A stretch of DNA of 64,000 nucleotides, from NCBI GenBank assembly GCA_041690395.1, contig JAWLHJ010000001.1, positions 416,001 to 480,000 on the forward strand, given 5' to 3'. Below are positions 27,271 through 37,242 of the stretch, piece after piece. This DNA is from Longimicrobiales bacterium. Lineage in GTDB: Bacteria > Gemmatimonadota > Gemmatimonadetes > Longimicrobiales > Gaopeijiaceae. Under the pieces are notes generated by a model that saw only the letters and a list, made by a program, of their open reading frames with translations, was not told where the DNA came from and searched no databases. How positions within the stretch are numbered: position 1 is the stretch's first letter; each line of letters begins with the position of its first letter. The translations under genes were made by a program, and so were the position numbers.

Positions 27271-29025
27271 GTGACCGAGCCAACTCCACCGAAGGATCGA
27301 AGTACGCGAGCCCTGCTCCTGTACTTCTATCGGCTCCATCCAGGGCGTTCCGCTCTGATGGTGGTTCTACTGGTGTTCTCCGGCCTTGCCGAGGGGCTCG
27401 GATTCTTCGCCCTCGTCCCGGTGCTCCAACTCTCCTCGCGTTCCGGGACGGAGGACTCGGTGTTGATGAGCGTTCTCTCTTCGGCGCTCGAGTTCCTCCA
27501 CATCCCCTTTACGCTTGGGGCGATGCTGCTCCTGGTCGTCGGAATGATGGCGCTCAAGGCCGTCCTCTTCTGGATGGCGATGAGACAGTTGGGCTACACG
27601 GTCGCCGATCTGACCACGGAGCTGAGGCTCCGGCTCATCCGTGCCTTGCTCCAGGCTTCCTGGCCGCACTTCGTGAGTCGCCCGGCCGGGCAGTACGCCA
27701 ACGCCATCAGCTTCGAGGCGCACCGAGCGGTTTCGGTGTTCCGTCAGGGCTGTGCCATTCTCGCTGCCGGGGTGCGGGTCCTCGCATATGGCCTACTGGC
27801 CTTTCTCCTTTCCTGGCAGGTAGCGGCAGCGGCGATCGTGGTGGCCGGATTCACGCTCGTCGTGCTCAAGGGCTTCTTCCGGATTGCTCGCCAAGCCGGC
27901 GAAGCTCAGACGGCGATGATGAGCGCGCTGGTGGCGCGACTCGCGGAGGCGCTTCCGGGCATCAAGCCCATCAAGGCCATGGCCAGGGAGCGCTTCCTGC
28001 TCCCTATACTCGAGAGCGAGGCGGAGGAGATCAACGTCGCGGTCCGGAATCAGGTCTCGGCCTCCGAAAGCATGCGCTCCTTCCACGAGCCCATCGTGAT
28101 CACGTTCCTCGCGATGGGCCTCTACGGTGCCGTCGAGCTCGCCGAGCTACCGTTCCCGAACGTGATCGTGATGGCGGCGATTTTCTATCGTCTCGTCACT
28201 ACCATCAACCAGCTGCAGCTGAGCTACCAGGACGTGGCGGTCGGCGAGAGCGCCTTCTGGTCCATCCGCGATCAGATCGATGCCGCCGAGGCCATGCGAG
28301 AGAATGCCGATGTCGGTGATGACCCCCCGCGGCTGAGCGAAAGCATTCGGTTCGATAGCGTCTGGTTCGGCTACGAGGATCAGCCCGTTCTCACCGACGT
28401 ATCTTTCGAGATTCCGGCAGGCAGCTTCTTCACCATCGTCGGCCCGTCGGGGGCGGGGAAGACGACGCTGCTGGACCTCCTCGTCGGGCTCAGGACCCCC
28501 TCGGAAGGTGAGGTGCTCCTGGATGGCGTACCGCTGTCGGCATTGAAGAAGTCCAAGTGGCGAAACCAGATCGGGTATGTACCTCAGGAGACCGTGCTCT
28601 TCCGAGGTACGGTTCTGGACAACGTCCGTCTGGGAGACACCGCGATCCCGGAAGATCGGGTGATCGAGGCGCTCCAGAAGGCCGGGGCCTGGGACTTCGT
28701 CACCTCGCACCCCGATGGGATCCATCGCGTGATCGGGGAGGCGGGGGGCAAGCTCTCCGGGGGTCAACGCCAGCGGATTGCCATCGCCCGCGCACTGGTG
28801 GGGGAGCCCCGGCTGCTCATCTTCGATGAGGCGACCACGGCACTGGACCCCGTCACCGAGCGAGAGGTGTGTGATAGCCTCGTAAGGCTTAAGGGCGACA
28901 CGACAATCCTGGCGGTGTCCCACCAGCAGGCGCTTCGGGACGTTGCGGATCGGATCTTGGAGCTTCGATCAGGGACGCTCGGACGCCCCAGGGAAGAGCC
29001 AAGTGGCCTAGCGATCCGCGGCTAG
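27271..29025 (+). CDS. ABC transporter, fused permease/ATPase (MsbA/PglK-like, putative lipid-linked glycan flippase)
   Basis: N-terminal TMD, Walker A GPSGAGKT, Q-loop YVPQE, LSGGQRQR, Walker B IFDEAT, H-loop VSH. Confidence 0.92.
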   Translation: MTEPTPPKDRSTRALLLYFYRLHPGRSALMVVLLVFSGLAEGLGFFALVPVLQLSSRSGTEDSVLMSVLSSALEFLHIPFTLGAMLLLVVGMMALKAVLFWMAMRQLGYTVADLTTELRLRLIRALLQASWPHFVSRPAGQYANAISFEAHRAVSVFRQGCAILAAGVRVLAYGLLAFLLSWQVAAAAIVVAGFTLVVLKGFFRIARQAGEAQTAMMSALVARLAEALPGIKPIKAMARERFLLPILESEAEEINVAVRNQVSASESMRSFHEPIVITFLAMGLYGAVELAELPFPNVIVMAAIFYRLVTTINQLQLSYQDVAVGESAFWSIRDQIDAAEAMRENADVGDDPPRLSESIRFDSVWFGYEDQPVLTDVSFEIPAGSFFTIVGPSGAGKTTLLDLLVGLRTPSEGEVLLDGVPLSALKKSKWRNQIGYVPQETVLFRGTVLDNVRLGDTAIPEDRVIEALQKAGAWDFVTSHPDGIHRVIGEAGGKLSGGQRQRIAIARALVGEPRLLIFDEATTALDPVTEREVCDSLVRLKGDTTILAVSHQQALRDVADRILELRSGTLGRPREEPSGLAIRG

Positions 29026-29096
29026 CTCGCTCTTCGAACCGCTTGCGTGTGCTTAAGTACATACCCGAGAAGCCTGCAAAGAGAAGCGCGCTAACG

Positions 29097-31196
29097 ATGA
29101 AGCGACTCCTTAGAGAAGCCCGCGACGGAGCCCTCTGGCGTCCGACACACCTGTCGGCATTCCTCCAGGCCCACGTAGGGCAGGGACGTAACCAGTTTCA
29201 AGGCCTGAGCGACGACGACCACCTGAAAGCCGCGGCCATGTGGCTCGCTCGAGCGCAAGACGCCACCAAGGACGGGGGCGTATCAGGCCGATATCGGTTC
29301 TCCGGCGGCTGGTCGTCCTCCTATCCCGAGACGACGGGATACATAATTCCGACGTTCATTGCTCTCGACCGTGAATTGCCCGGCGAGGGCTTCATGGCGC
29401 GGGCGGAGCATGCGGTGGATTTCTTACTAGGGATACAGCTGGAATCAGGAGCATTCCCGGGATTGGAAATCGCGGAGAATCGGACTGAACCTTCGACATT
29501 CAACTCCGCCCAGATCCTCACGGGATTGACGGCCTGGCACAAGGAGACAGGCGACGACCGGACCCTGACGTCGGCGTTTCGGGTGGCGGAATGGCTTCGT
29601 GAGACTCAGGAATCCGATGGGGTCTGGCGGAAGCACCTATATGGTACCGCGTCTCCGTATACTTACATGGCGCATGCGTCTTGTTGGCTTGCAGAGTTCG
29701 GAGTCCATGTAGGGGAGCCTCGATTCGTCGATGCGGGCCGCGTGCACCTCCATTGGGTGCTGGAGCAGGTCCGTGAAGAGACCGGGTGGATCGACTATTG
29801 TGGATTCGGTGGTCCCGAACATGCGTCCGCGTCCGCACATACTCACACCATCGCTTACACGATCTGGGGTGTTCTGCTTCTCTCTCAGATATGCGAGAGT
29901 GATCGAGGGCTGGCCGTCGCTCGACGTGCCGCACGGGCTGTGGCGCGACGGCTTGAGCTCTCCAAATGGCTGCCTGGACGGCTCGACTCTCATTGGCGTG
30001 CGGTGTCGGACTCGGCCTGCCTGACTGGTAACGCCCAGATGGCGCTCATCTGGTTTGAACTCCACCGCATGCGGCCGGAGTTACCTCTCGTCAATGCGGC
30101 TCTGAAGGCGCTGGACTTGGTGAAGCGCGGTCAGACGATCGATTCGTCGAATCCCGGGATTCGTGGTGGAGTGCCAGGGTCGGTCCCCCTGAATGGGGAG
30201 TACATTCGGTGGGCAGTGCCCAATTGGGCCGCCAAGTTCTTCATTGATGCGCTCATCGAGAAGCGCCACACTCTGGCCGCTCTTCAGATCCCGGTGGGGC
30301 GGGATGCTTCGCTGGGTGCGGTCATGGGCTCAGTACCAACGACTCTGCCAGAGTCCGTGGAATCCGCTCAACCGCCGCCTGTCAGGGTCGGGCTGCTTGC
30401 CGACGAATGGTCGGATAAAGTGGAGAAGTTCGCCGAATCGTGGCAGAGTTGGGACTTCTGCCCAGACGTGGTCTTCATTCGACCGATACAGGATCCACCG
30501 GCCTGGGCGCGTGCGATCGACTACGGACGCGAGCACGGCGTGGCACGACTCTTCGGGAGGGTACTCAGCAGACGTGCTGATTCGCCGAGCCCGATCGGCG
30601 GGACCACGTCAACGGAGGGGGGAGCGGCGCCGACCTTCTCTAGCGCCTCGGAGTACTGCCGAGCGAGGGGGCTCCGGATGATCGAACTAGGGTCATGGAC
30701 GGAACCTGAGGACCTGGCCAAAGTCCGTTCAGAGTCGCTCGACATCCTCGTGCACGCTGGTGCTGGAATCATGCGGCAGCCCCTCATCGATATCCCGCGG
30801 CTGGGTATCCTGAATGCCCATATGGGCGTTCTCCCTCGCATGCGTGGCATGAACGCTACGGAGTGGAGCGTAGCACTTGGAGAGCCCACGGGTTGCACGG
30901 TACACTTGATCGATCCTGGCATCGACACCGGCTCGATCCTTCTCGTGCAGCCGGTTGATACTGAGAGCGCGTGTTCAGTCTCGGAACTCCGGAGCCAGGT
31001 GGACCACGCTCAGGTAGAGGCACTGGGATCAGTTCTGAGTTGGATCTGCCGCCAAGGAGACGTCCCGCCTCCGCGATCCCAGGCCAGATCCGAAGGCCAT
31101 CAGTACTTCTCGATGCATGGTGATCTCAAGGCCATTCTTGAGCAGGTGCTTCAACAAAGGGAGGGGAAGTCGGATGCGTCTTTGCAGAGTGGGTAG
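29097..31196 (+). CDS. Fusion of a prenyltransferase/terpene-cyclase-like alpha-alpha barrel and a C-terminal formyltransferase
   Basis: N-terminal part: SSYPETTGYIIPT and QW-like repeats (LGIQLESGAF, RETQESDGVW). C-terminal part: LNAHMGVLPRMRG and GCTVHLIDPGIDTG (formyl_trans_N Asn/His/Asp). Confidence 0.75.
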   Translation: MKRLLREARDGALWRPTHLSAFLQAHVGQGRNQFQGLSDDDHLKAAAMWLARAQDATKDGGVSGRYRFSGGWSSSYPETTGYIIPTFIALDRELPGEGFMARAEHAVDFLLGIQLESGAFPGLEIAENRTEPSTFNSAQILTGLTAWHKETGDDRTLTSAFRVAEWLRETQESDGVWRKHLYGTASPYTYMAHASCWLAEFGVHVGEPRFVDAGRVHLHWVLEQVREETGWIDYCGFGGPEHASASAHTHTIAYTIWGVLLLSQICESDRGLAVARRAARAVARRLELSKWLPGRLDSHWRAVSDSACLTGNAQMALIWFELHRMRPELPLVNAALKALDLVKRGQTIDSSNPGIRGGVPGSVPLNGEYIRWAVPNWAAKFFIDALIEKRHTLAALQIPVGRDASLGAVMGSVPTTLPESVESAQPPPVRVGLLADEWSDKVEKFAESWQSWDFCPDVVFIRPIQDPPAWARAIDYGREHGVARLFGRVLSRRADSPSPIGGTTSTEGGAAPTFSSASEYCRARGLRMIELGSWTEPEDLAKVRSESLDILVHAGAGIMRQPLIDIPRLGILNAHMGVLPRMRGMNATEWSVALGEPTGCTVHLIDPGIDTGSILLVQPVDTESACSVSELRSQVDHAQVEALGSVLSWICRQGDVPPPRSQARSEGHQYFSMHGDLKAILEQVLQQREGKSDASLQSG

Positions 31197-31329
31197 ACCC
31201 AGGTTGCGCCGACGGGCTAGCGTGTGTGCGGAGGGAAGGCGGGCAGCAACTGGGTTCCGAGCGTTTGACGCAGATTGGACCTTGAAATCTGGTCGCTCTT
31301 GTTCCGCAGTCGCTGAATACTGACCAGAC

Positions 31330-32286
31330 ATGTCCTATTCCTTTTGCACGATCGTGACCCAGAGTCACATTCCCTGGGCGATGGCTCTCCATGAATCCCT
31401 GACCGCCTTCGATCCTGAGGTGGACTTCCACGTATTGGTTACCGATGCCCCAGAACCCGCGATACCAGACGGTGCTCAGGGTCACATCACCATGCACGAT
31501 CTGAGCGCGGTTGACGACGGGGGACTCGGGACCGCGATGCAGAAAGAGTATGGTGACGATCCTGACGCTCTCCGGTGGTCGCTCAAGCCGGTCTTCATGC
31601 AGAAGTTGATGGCAACTTCGGACCGCGTCCTCTACGGGGATTGTGACCTGTACTTCTTCGGCGACTATCGTTTTCTGGTCGATGAACTTGAGGTATCATC
31701 GGTTCTTCTGACTCCTCATTGGCGCTGTAGCCGCATCTCGGATGATGCTTACAACTTCAGGCTTCTCTTTACCGAGGGGCTGTACAATGCCGGCTTCGTG
31801 GGAGCTTCGCACTGGGGGCGAGACGCCCTGGATCATTGGGCGAAGAACTCACTCGCATCGTGTAAGGACGATCGAAGGAATGGAATCTATGACGATCAGA
31901 CGCACCTGAACCTGCTGCCCGTGATGTTCGACGGTGTCCATGTTGTGAAGCATCGGGGATGTAATGTTGCCAACTGGAATCAAGTCGAATGCCGAAGAGT
32001 CAAGAGGGAGGACGGTAGCGTCTGGATCAATGATCGCGACCCGATTGTGTTCATTCACTTCACTGAAAGCTTGGCACGCGGTGTGTTGAGCGATTTGGAC
32101 CCGCATCTGCGGCCGCACCTGCGGCGGTTTCATGATGCCCTAGAGAGGTGGTCGCCCGGGTTCGATTACATTGGCCGAGTCAGGCGAAAGGTCGAACGAG
32201 AACGCAAGGACTGGCGACGAAAGCTGCGCTACTACGCTACCCGCGTCGTCGAGCGGCTGCTCGGCTCGTTGGGCCTGCGCCATTGA
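31330..32286 (+). CDS. GT-A fold nucleotide-diphospho-sugar transferase (GT8-like)
   Basis: FCTIV, WSLKP, DCD (DxD), LLTPH, GLYNAGF, DDQ, NVANWN, FIHF. Confidence 0.75.
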   Translation: MSYSFCTIVTQSHIPWAMALHESLTAFDPEVDFHVLVTDAPEPAIPDGAQGHITMHDLSAVDDGGLGTAMQKEYGDDPDALRWSLKPVFMQKLMATSDRVLYGDCDLYFFGDYRFLVDELEVSSVLLTPHWRCSRISDDAYNFRLLFTEGLYNAGFVGASHWGRDALDHWAKNSLASCKDDRRNGIYDDQTHLNLLPVMFDGVHVVKHRGCNVANWNQVECRRVKREDGSVWINDRDPIVFIHFTESLARGVLSDLDPHLRPHLRRFHDALERWSPGFDYIGRVRRKVERERKDWRRKLRYYATRVVERLLGSLGLRH

Positions 32287-32367
32287 CCACTTTCTTGGCG
32301 CCACATCCCGTGACTGCCGTCACGCAGTTCTACGAATCACATGGCCGACACACGGGTTATCGGCTAG

Positions 32368-33540
32368 TCAGCTAACCTCGTCATAGATATCCTCCAGAGC
32401 TTCTGCCCGGAGTCTGATATCAAGCGTGGTTTCGACGTGCTCACGAAAAACGTAGGAATCTCGCTCGATCGTGTGTGGATTCTCAGCGTAGCCCCGCAAT
32501 GCGTCGACCAACGCGCGTGAGTCTCGCTCGGCCACCAGCCTGTCGGCCAGTCGGCCGTAGATGTGGGGAATATCTGAGTGGTGTGTGGAGATTACTGGCA
32601 TCCCGGTTGCCATCATCTGCTGGATGATGAACGGCGTGCCCTCCGCATCCCCGGAGTGTGCGGTCACGCTGGGCGCAACCAACACGTGGCATTCGAAGGC
32701 AAGGGCCAAGAGGTCCTCGAACCTAAGGAACGGGTGGTGGCGGACGATGTCTTCCACCGCCAAGCGCCTGATCTGATCGAAGATCGCTGATTTTGTCTCG
32801 TCGTCACCAGGCTTCCCCAAGGAGTCGCCTACGAGGTCCAGAGACACTGGGATCCCCTCAGCCTTCAGGCCGGCTAAGGCCTCGATGAGATAGGGTATCC
32901 CCTTCTTCTCTCGGAACGTCCCGGCGAAGAGAATCCTGAGTGGCTCGCCGGCCGCGCGATTCCGAGCCCGGAATCGCAGAGCCTGTACGTCCACTCCAAG
33001 CGGATGGACCCGGATCTTCTCCCTCGGATATCCAAGACGCTCCAGCTCGCCGGCCATATACGGGCCAAGTGCCAGGATCCGGTCAATGTGCGGGAAGATC
33101 TCTTGGTAGCGATCTCGCGCCTCAGCAGTCCGTGGTACCTCGAATGCATCCGCTCCGTAGAAACTCACGATCCAGGGCACTCCTAGATGCCGCTGAAGTC
33201 GAGCGTCGCCAAGAGCCACATACCCGAAATGGCTGTGAAGCAAGACGGGCTTGAGCGCCCTTAGACGGAGGGCATCATGAGGGGGTATTGCACCCCCGGA
33301 CAGACGATGCCAAGCTCGCCGAGGCAATGTGTACGGATTCCACCTCCGAGCTTCCAAATCCGGAAACTCCTCCCGGTTGACCAACTCGTCGGCAAAGATG
33401 ACTGGGCGGAACCGGCGGACGTTGCAGAGGTGGTCGTACATCCAGTTCTGAGTGCGAGCGACGAAGCGGTCACATCGTTGGAGTGCTGTTCTCACAGGAG
33501 TTGGTGTTTCCTCAATGTTGTGTCGAGGGGAACTCGGCAA
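32368..33540 (-). CDS. Glycosyltransferase family 4 (WcaL-like)
   Basis: LHSHFG, SFYGAD, PLGVD, GTFREKKG, PSVTAHSGDAEGTP, STHHSDIP. Confidence 0.9.
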   Translation of the reverse strand: MPSSPRHNIEETPTPVRTALQRCDRFVARTQNWMYDHLCNVRRFRPVIFADELVNREEFPDLEARRWNPYTLPRRAWHRLSGGAIPPHDALRLRALKPVLLHSHFGYVALGDARLQRHLGVPWIVSFYGADAFEVPRTAEARDRYQEIFPHIDRILALGPYMAGELERLGYPREKIRVHPLGVDVQALRFRARNRAAGEPLRILFAGTFREKKGIPYLIEALAGLKAEGIPVSLDLVGDSLGKPGDDETKSAIFDQIRRLAVEDIVRHHPFLRFEDLLALAFECHVLVAPSVTAHSGDAEGTPFIIQQMMATGMPVISTHHSDIPHIYGRLADRLVAERDSRALVDALRGYAENPHTIERDSYVFREHVETTLDIRLRAEALEDIYDEVS

Positions 33541-33735
33541 CTGCGGCGGCAGACCGGCGAAAGGTACAAGCGTTGAGAAGCGGTTTCACGACTTATGAAG
33601 CGAGAATTCTACGGAGTGCTTCGGTCAATCTCAAGGAACTGAGTGCATCTTGCTGATAGTCGTTACAGCAGCCGGAGGGGCGCCGTCGTTGTGCCGCGTG
33701 TGCCGAGACGGCAATGACAGGTAGCTAGCAGAAAT

Positions 33736-34240
33736 ATGGCCGCTGTTCGCTCTCTGGCTTATTTCGCTTGGGCTCTCGTAGAATGCTCAAGAGTGTTGAC
33801 CCATCCATACGCGACCACCCGGGGCGCTCGCGAAGGAGCACTATCGGATGACCCAGACGGAAAGGACTTGCCGCCCATTTCGTCGCCCGCCAATGAATAC
33901 GAGCGCGGGGCGTATCGCTACCGAACGACCTTTTTCGGCGTGATCACCGGCGCGTTCAACGTATGGGGATGCTCCGATGCCCTTGCTGCCGGGGAGGACG
34001 CGTTCGACACCTGTACACTTGTGGGGGGCAGCTTGAGTGGGAGACCGAACTGCTAGGACGCTGGACCATCGCCGATGACGCTACCTATCGCTTCTCAGGC
34101 CATCAAGTGCGGTCGATTGAATCCCAGTTCGGCTGCTCAGAAGCGGTCCGCACTTGCGTCCAAGTCCCCGAGCCGAGTTCGGTCATGCTCACAGCGCTGA
34201 GTCTCGTGGTACTCCTCGGCATCAGTCTACGCCCAAGGGC
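33736..34240 (+). pseudogene. Frameshifted or degenerate PEP-CTERM protein gene
   Basis: VPEPSS + hydrophobic MLTALSLVVLLGISL + RPR at 34164-34240 lies in a different frame from ORF 33736-34056. One extra G in the G6 run at 34023-34028 would join the two. Confidence 0.55.
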
Positions 34241-34308
34241 TGGCGTGGGACGCGAAGCCTCGACCATCACTTCTCACGGGGAGACCCTCAATAGATCGGT
34301 CGATAGGC

Positions 34309-34340
34309 CGGGGGGGCGGGCCTGCAGGCCCGCCCCCCCG
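34309..34340. repeat. Perfect 32-bp palindrome (possible bidirectional terminator or REP-like hairpin)
   Basis: CGGGGGGGCGGGCCTGCAGGCCCGCCCCCCCG is its own reverse complement and lies between convergent genes. Confidence 0.85.
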
Positions 34341-34376
34341 AGGAATCAAAGCTGGCGACTGATCCAGCCGTCTTAC

Positions 34377-36845
34377 CTATCGAGCGAATGGCTCGGCTTC
34401 ACCCGGTACGTAGGATCCCACCCACCCATCCTTGCTGGCCGCAAAGCCACCGATCAAGAACCACTGGTCAAACGCTACCCGATCGCCCCCTGGCCCATTG
34501 TTACCGATATGGATGGACCTTAGGCTGAGGGCGTTTGCGTCCGTGAACAAGGTCAAGGGCTTGCGGTCTCCGAGAGACTGCCCGTTGTCATAGCTGGAGT
34601 TGACGTTGCTCGCATCCCAGATCGGAGTATCCATACTGATCGACTCGTCATAGATTCGCATGTCGAAATCACTTGCGTTCACGCTCAGGCGGGTAAAGGC
34701 GATTTCGATCCGATACGCGATTCCAGGCTGTAGCTCCGCCTCGAACTTTCCGTCGGAGGTCAATCCGATGTCCGGGCGTCCCATGTAGTAGGGGATATAT
34801 GGACCATTGCTGCCGTTGATCTCTCCCACGACGTACATCATCCAGCGATACCCTCCCGATGCGTTCGCGGCGTCGGGTTCTGGCTGGAAGTAATGTGGCG
34901 TGCCTACATACGTGTCCTTGTTCTCGGGGTAGTAGTACAGATAGTGGCGGTAGTAAAGGGTTTCACCGACCTCAAGCGCATCCGTCACAACCTTGGACGG
35001 CATCCTGCTGTCCGGGTACTGGCCTGTATAATGGTATTGGACCTGGAGTGCGTTGGCTGTCGGGAAGTTCACTCCCGCTGGCACCCGGATAACCTCTAGC
35101 GGGTCGGTTCCCTCTACGGCGTTTACGCCCGTACCAGGATTCCATCTGTTCCCGTCTCGGATCGCATTCTCGCTCTTACCCGTCGCTGTACTCCAATCCG
35201 CTGCAAACACCAGCTCGGGCTGAACACCCGGAGGTAGCGGCTCCTTGACATCCACCTGCGCCGGATTTGACTCTGCGCTGCAGCAGAGCGTCGTCGCCAT
35301 GATCGCGGCCGTTCCAGCGGCCTTGGCTAGTAGCTGACCCATGTTGTCCACCTCCACGACGGACGGGTTGGTACTGGTGAGGCTGAACTCGTAGCCGTCG
35401 AGGATATTCCCCGAGGCGTCGCGCACAACGGCGGTAACGGACGTGGTTTGGCCCACTTCGAGCAAAATCGACGCCGGCGAAAGTTCCACATACGCTCCTG
35501 CGGGCAGTTCGGTCCCCGCAGAAGCCACGGTGACTGACTGCTCTCCCGAAATGCCCCCGGCGGCGGCCCGGACGGTAGCGGAGCCGGCGGCGAGCGCCGT
35601 CACCAGGCCGTTCCCGGAGACGCTCAGGACAGCCGGATCACTCACCGACCACATGAACTCCGCTCCAGGTACTTGATTCCCGTCGGCATCCAGGGCCTCG
35701 GCCGTGAACTGCTGCGTCGCTCCGATCTCGAGAGAAGCGCTAGAGGGAGCCAGGGATACCGAGGTGACGGCCCCAGCGCCTGCCTCCGCCGTGAATTCGA
35801 CCTCAGGGAGGCCATCCACGCTGGCCCTGATCGACTGCGTGCCAACGGTGGTTCCGAGCGTCCACGTCGCACCGTGGCGTCCCTCTGCGTCGGTGCCTCC
35901 GGCCGGGACAACGAGCTGCCCTCCGCCGGAAGTGACGCTCCAAGACACCGTGACCCCAGAAACCGGAGCCCCGTCCACATCGAGCACTTGGACGACGAGC
36001 GCTTGGGAAAGCGCTTCGCCCACGGTGCCCGACTGCCCCTGGCCGCTCACGATGGCCAGGCTATTCGCACTACCACTCACCCCAATGACCTCGGCGGTAG
36101 CCACATTGGGACCTGACTTCGCCGTAACGGTGGTGGTGCCGGTGGCCATGATCTGCACGAGCCCGGCGTCGCTCACTGTGGCGATCTCGGTATTCGCGCT
36201 CTCCCAGCTGACCGTGTGGGGCTCTACCGAGTTGTCGTATGCATCCCTGGCGTGAATCTCCAAGGACACGGAATCACCCGGCTCCGCGGCCACCGGAGAC
36301 GGGTCGATGCGCATGGAGCTGATGGACGACGGCCGCGCCGTGGCCTCGAACCCCGTCTTCTTGCCCTTGTTGCGCTCGGGAGCCCCCGAGGGCCCACCTT
36401 CAACCGTGTTCGGATCATGAGGGAGCACGATGGCTGCTTCGGCGGATTGCACCCTGGCCTGGGTGCCGAGTTCCCAGTTGACCGACGCGATCCCGTCGGC
36501 GTTGGTGACACTGGTCACCTCGCTACCGGCCTGCCCCGATGCCCCAAGGCCGCGACCCGCCGTGAAGGTCCAGAGGACCTCGGCACCGGAGACGGGCTGC
36601 CCATCCCCGGAGGTTACCCGGACCATCAGCGGCTCCGGAAGGGGCGACCCGACCACACCTTCCTGCGAGGCGCCGCCCACGACAGTGATGTTCGCCGCGG
36701 TGAGGTCGATATCCAGAACCGAACGAACCTCTCCTGCGTCGGTCGGCACCCGGTCGCAGCCGAGAGTGAACGCAGTCAATGTGATCAAGGCAAAGCGAAC
36801 GAAGTCGAACGCCCGCCCGCCACCTGTGGTAGTTGCCCAGCGCAT
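34377..36845 (-). CDS. Surface lipoprotein with alternating bacterial Ig-like domains and a C-terminal beta-sandwich domain
   Basis: Lipobox FTLGC; two Big_1-like units (G..Q.G.VG..L...L.V.V....G.PVSG..V.W); three Big_2-like units (W.S.N..IATVS..GLV); aromatic-rich C-terminal domain. Confidence 0.85.
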   Translation of the reverse strand: MRWATTTGGGRAFDFVRFALITLTAFTLGCDRVPTDAGEVRSVLDIDLTAANITVVGGASQEGVVGSPLPEPLMVRVTSGDGQPVSGAEVLWTFTAGRGLGASGQAGSEVTSVTNADGIASVNWELGTQARVQSAEAAIVLPHDPNTVEGGPSGAPERNKGKKTGFEATARPSSISSMRIDPSPVAAEPGDSVSLEIHARDAYDNSVEPHTVSWESANTEIATVSDAGLVQIMATGTTTVTAKSGPNVATAEVIGVSGSANSLAIVSGQGQSGTVGEALSQALVVQVLDVDGAPVSGVTVSWSVTSGGGQLVVPAGGTDAEGRHGATWTLGTTVGTQSIRASVDGLPEVEFTAEAGAGAVTSVSLAPSSASLEIGATQQFTAEALDADGNQVPGAEFMWSVSDPAVLSVSGNGLVTALAAGSATVRAAAGGISGEQSVTVASAGTELPAGAYVELSPASILLEVGQTTSVTAVVRDASGNILDGYEFSLTSTNPSVVEVDNMGQLLAKAAGTAAIMATTLCCSAESNPAQVDVKEPLPPGVQPELVFAADWSTATGKSENAIRDGNRWNPGTGVNAVEGTDPLEVIRVPAGVNFPTANALQVQYHYTGQYPDSRMPSKVVTDALEVGETLYYRHYLYYYPENKDTYVGTPHYFQPEPDAANASGGYRWMMYVVGEINGSNGPYIPYYMGRPDIGLTSDGKFEAELQPGIAYRIEIAFTRLSVNASDFDMRIYDESISMDTPIWDASNVNSSYDNGQSLGDRKPLTLFTDANALSLRSIHIGNNGPGGDRVAFDQWFLIGGFAASKDGWVGSYVPGEAEPFAR

Positions 36846-37127
36846 AGCCGATGCTCCACGGATTTCGGGGCTCGCCCCTCGCCGTGCGAGGTGGTCGGCC
36901 CTTTCCTGTCTCGTTCCCTCGCCCACCGCTTTGCGGGCGTGAGGGGAGCAACATGGATTGCCACCAGAAGGTCCTCCTCTCGGGAGACCCGCTGGCGGCT
37001 CGGCTGGCATGACGACGGATTCGTCGTGGTAGCCCCTTGACTCTGCGTCACCGTCTTTCGACGGGGTTGCTCTGTTTCAGCGGTGCGTTTCGGCGGCGCA
37101 TCTGTTCGTTGCGTCGTCACCACGTTA

Positions 37128-37143
37128 AGCAATAGCTATGCCA
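37128..37143 (-). promoter_or_regulatory. Candidate sigma54 -24/-12 promoter for the Ig-like lipoprotein
   Basis: Minus strand TGGCATAGCTATTGCT, close to the TGGCAC-N5-TTGCW consensus. Confidence 0.65.
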
Positions 37144-37242
37144 GGCCAACGCCCATGGGGGTCCTGGGCTGGGAAGCCATGGTGAACAGGCCGAGGGGCG
37201 TGGACCGAGACGCAACAGGTCCTGCCATGGGGAAAGCGGCGC

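Noticed and set aside
29097..30300. Squalene-hopene cyclase / hopanoid pathway
   Set aside because: Single barrel only, no DxDD motif, and no isoprenoid genes nearby.
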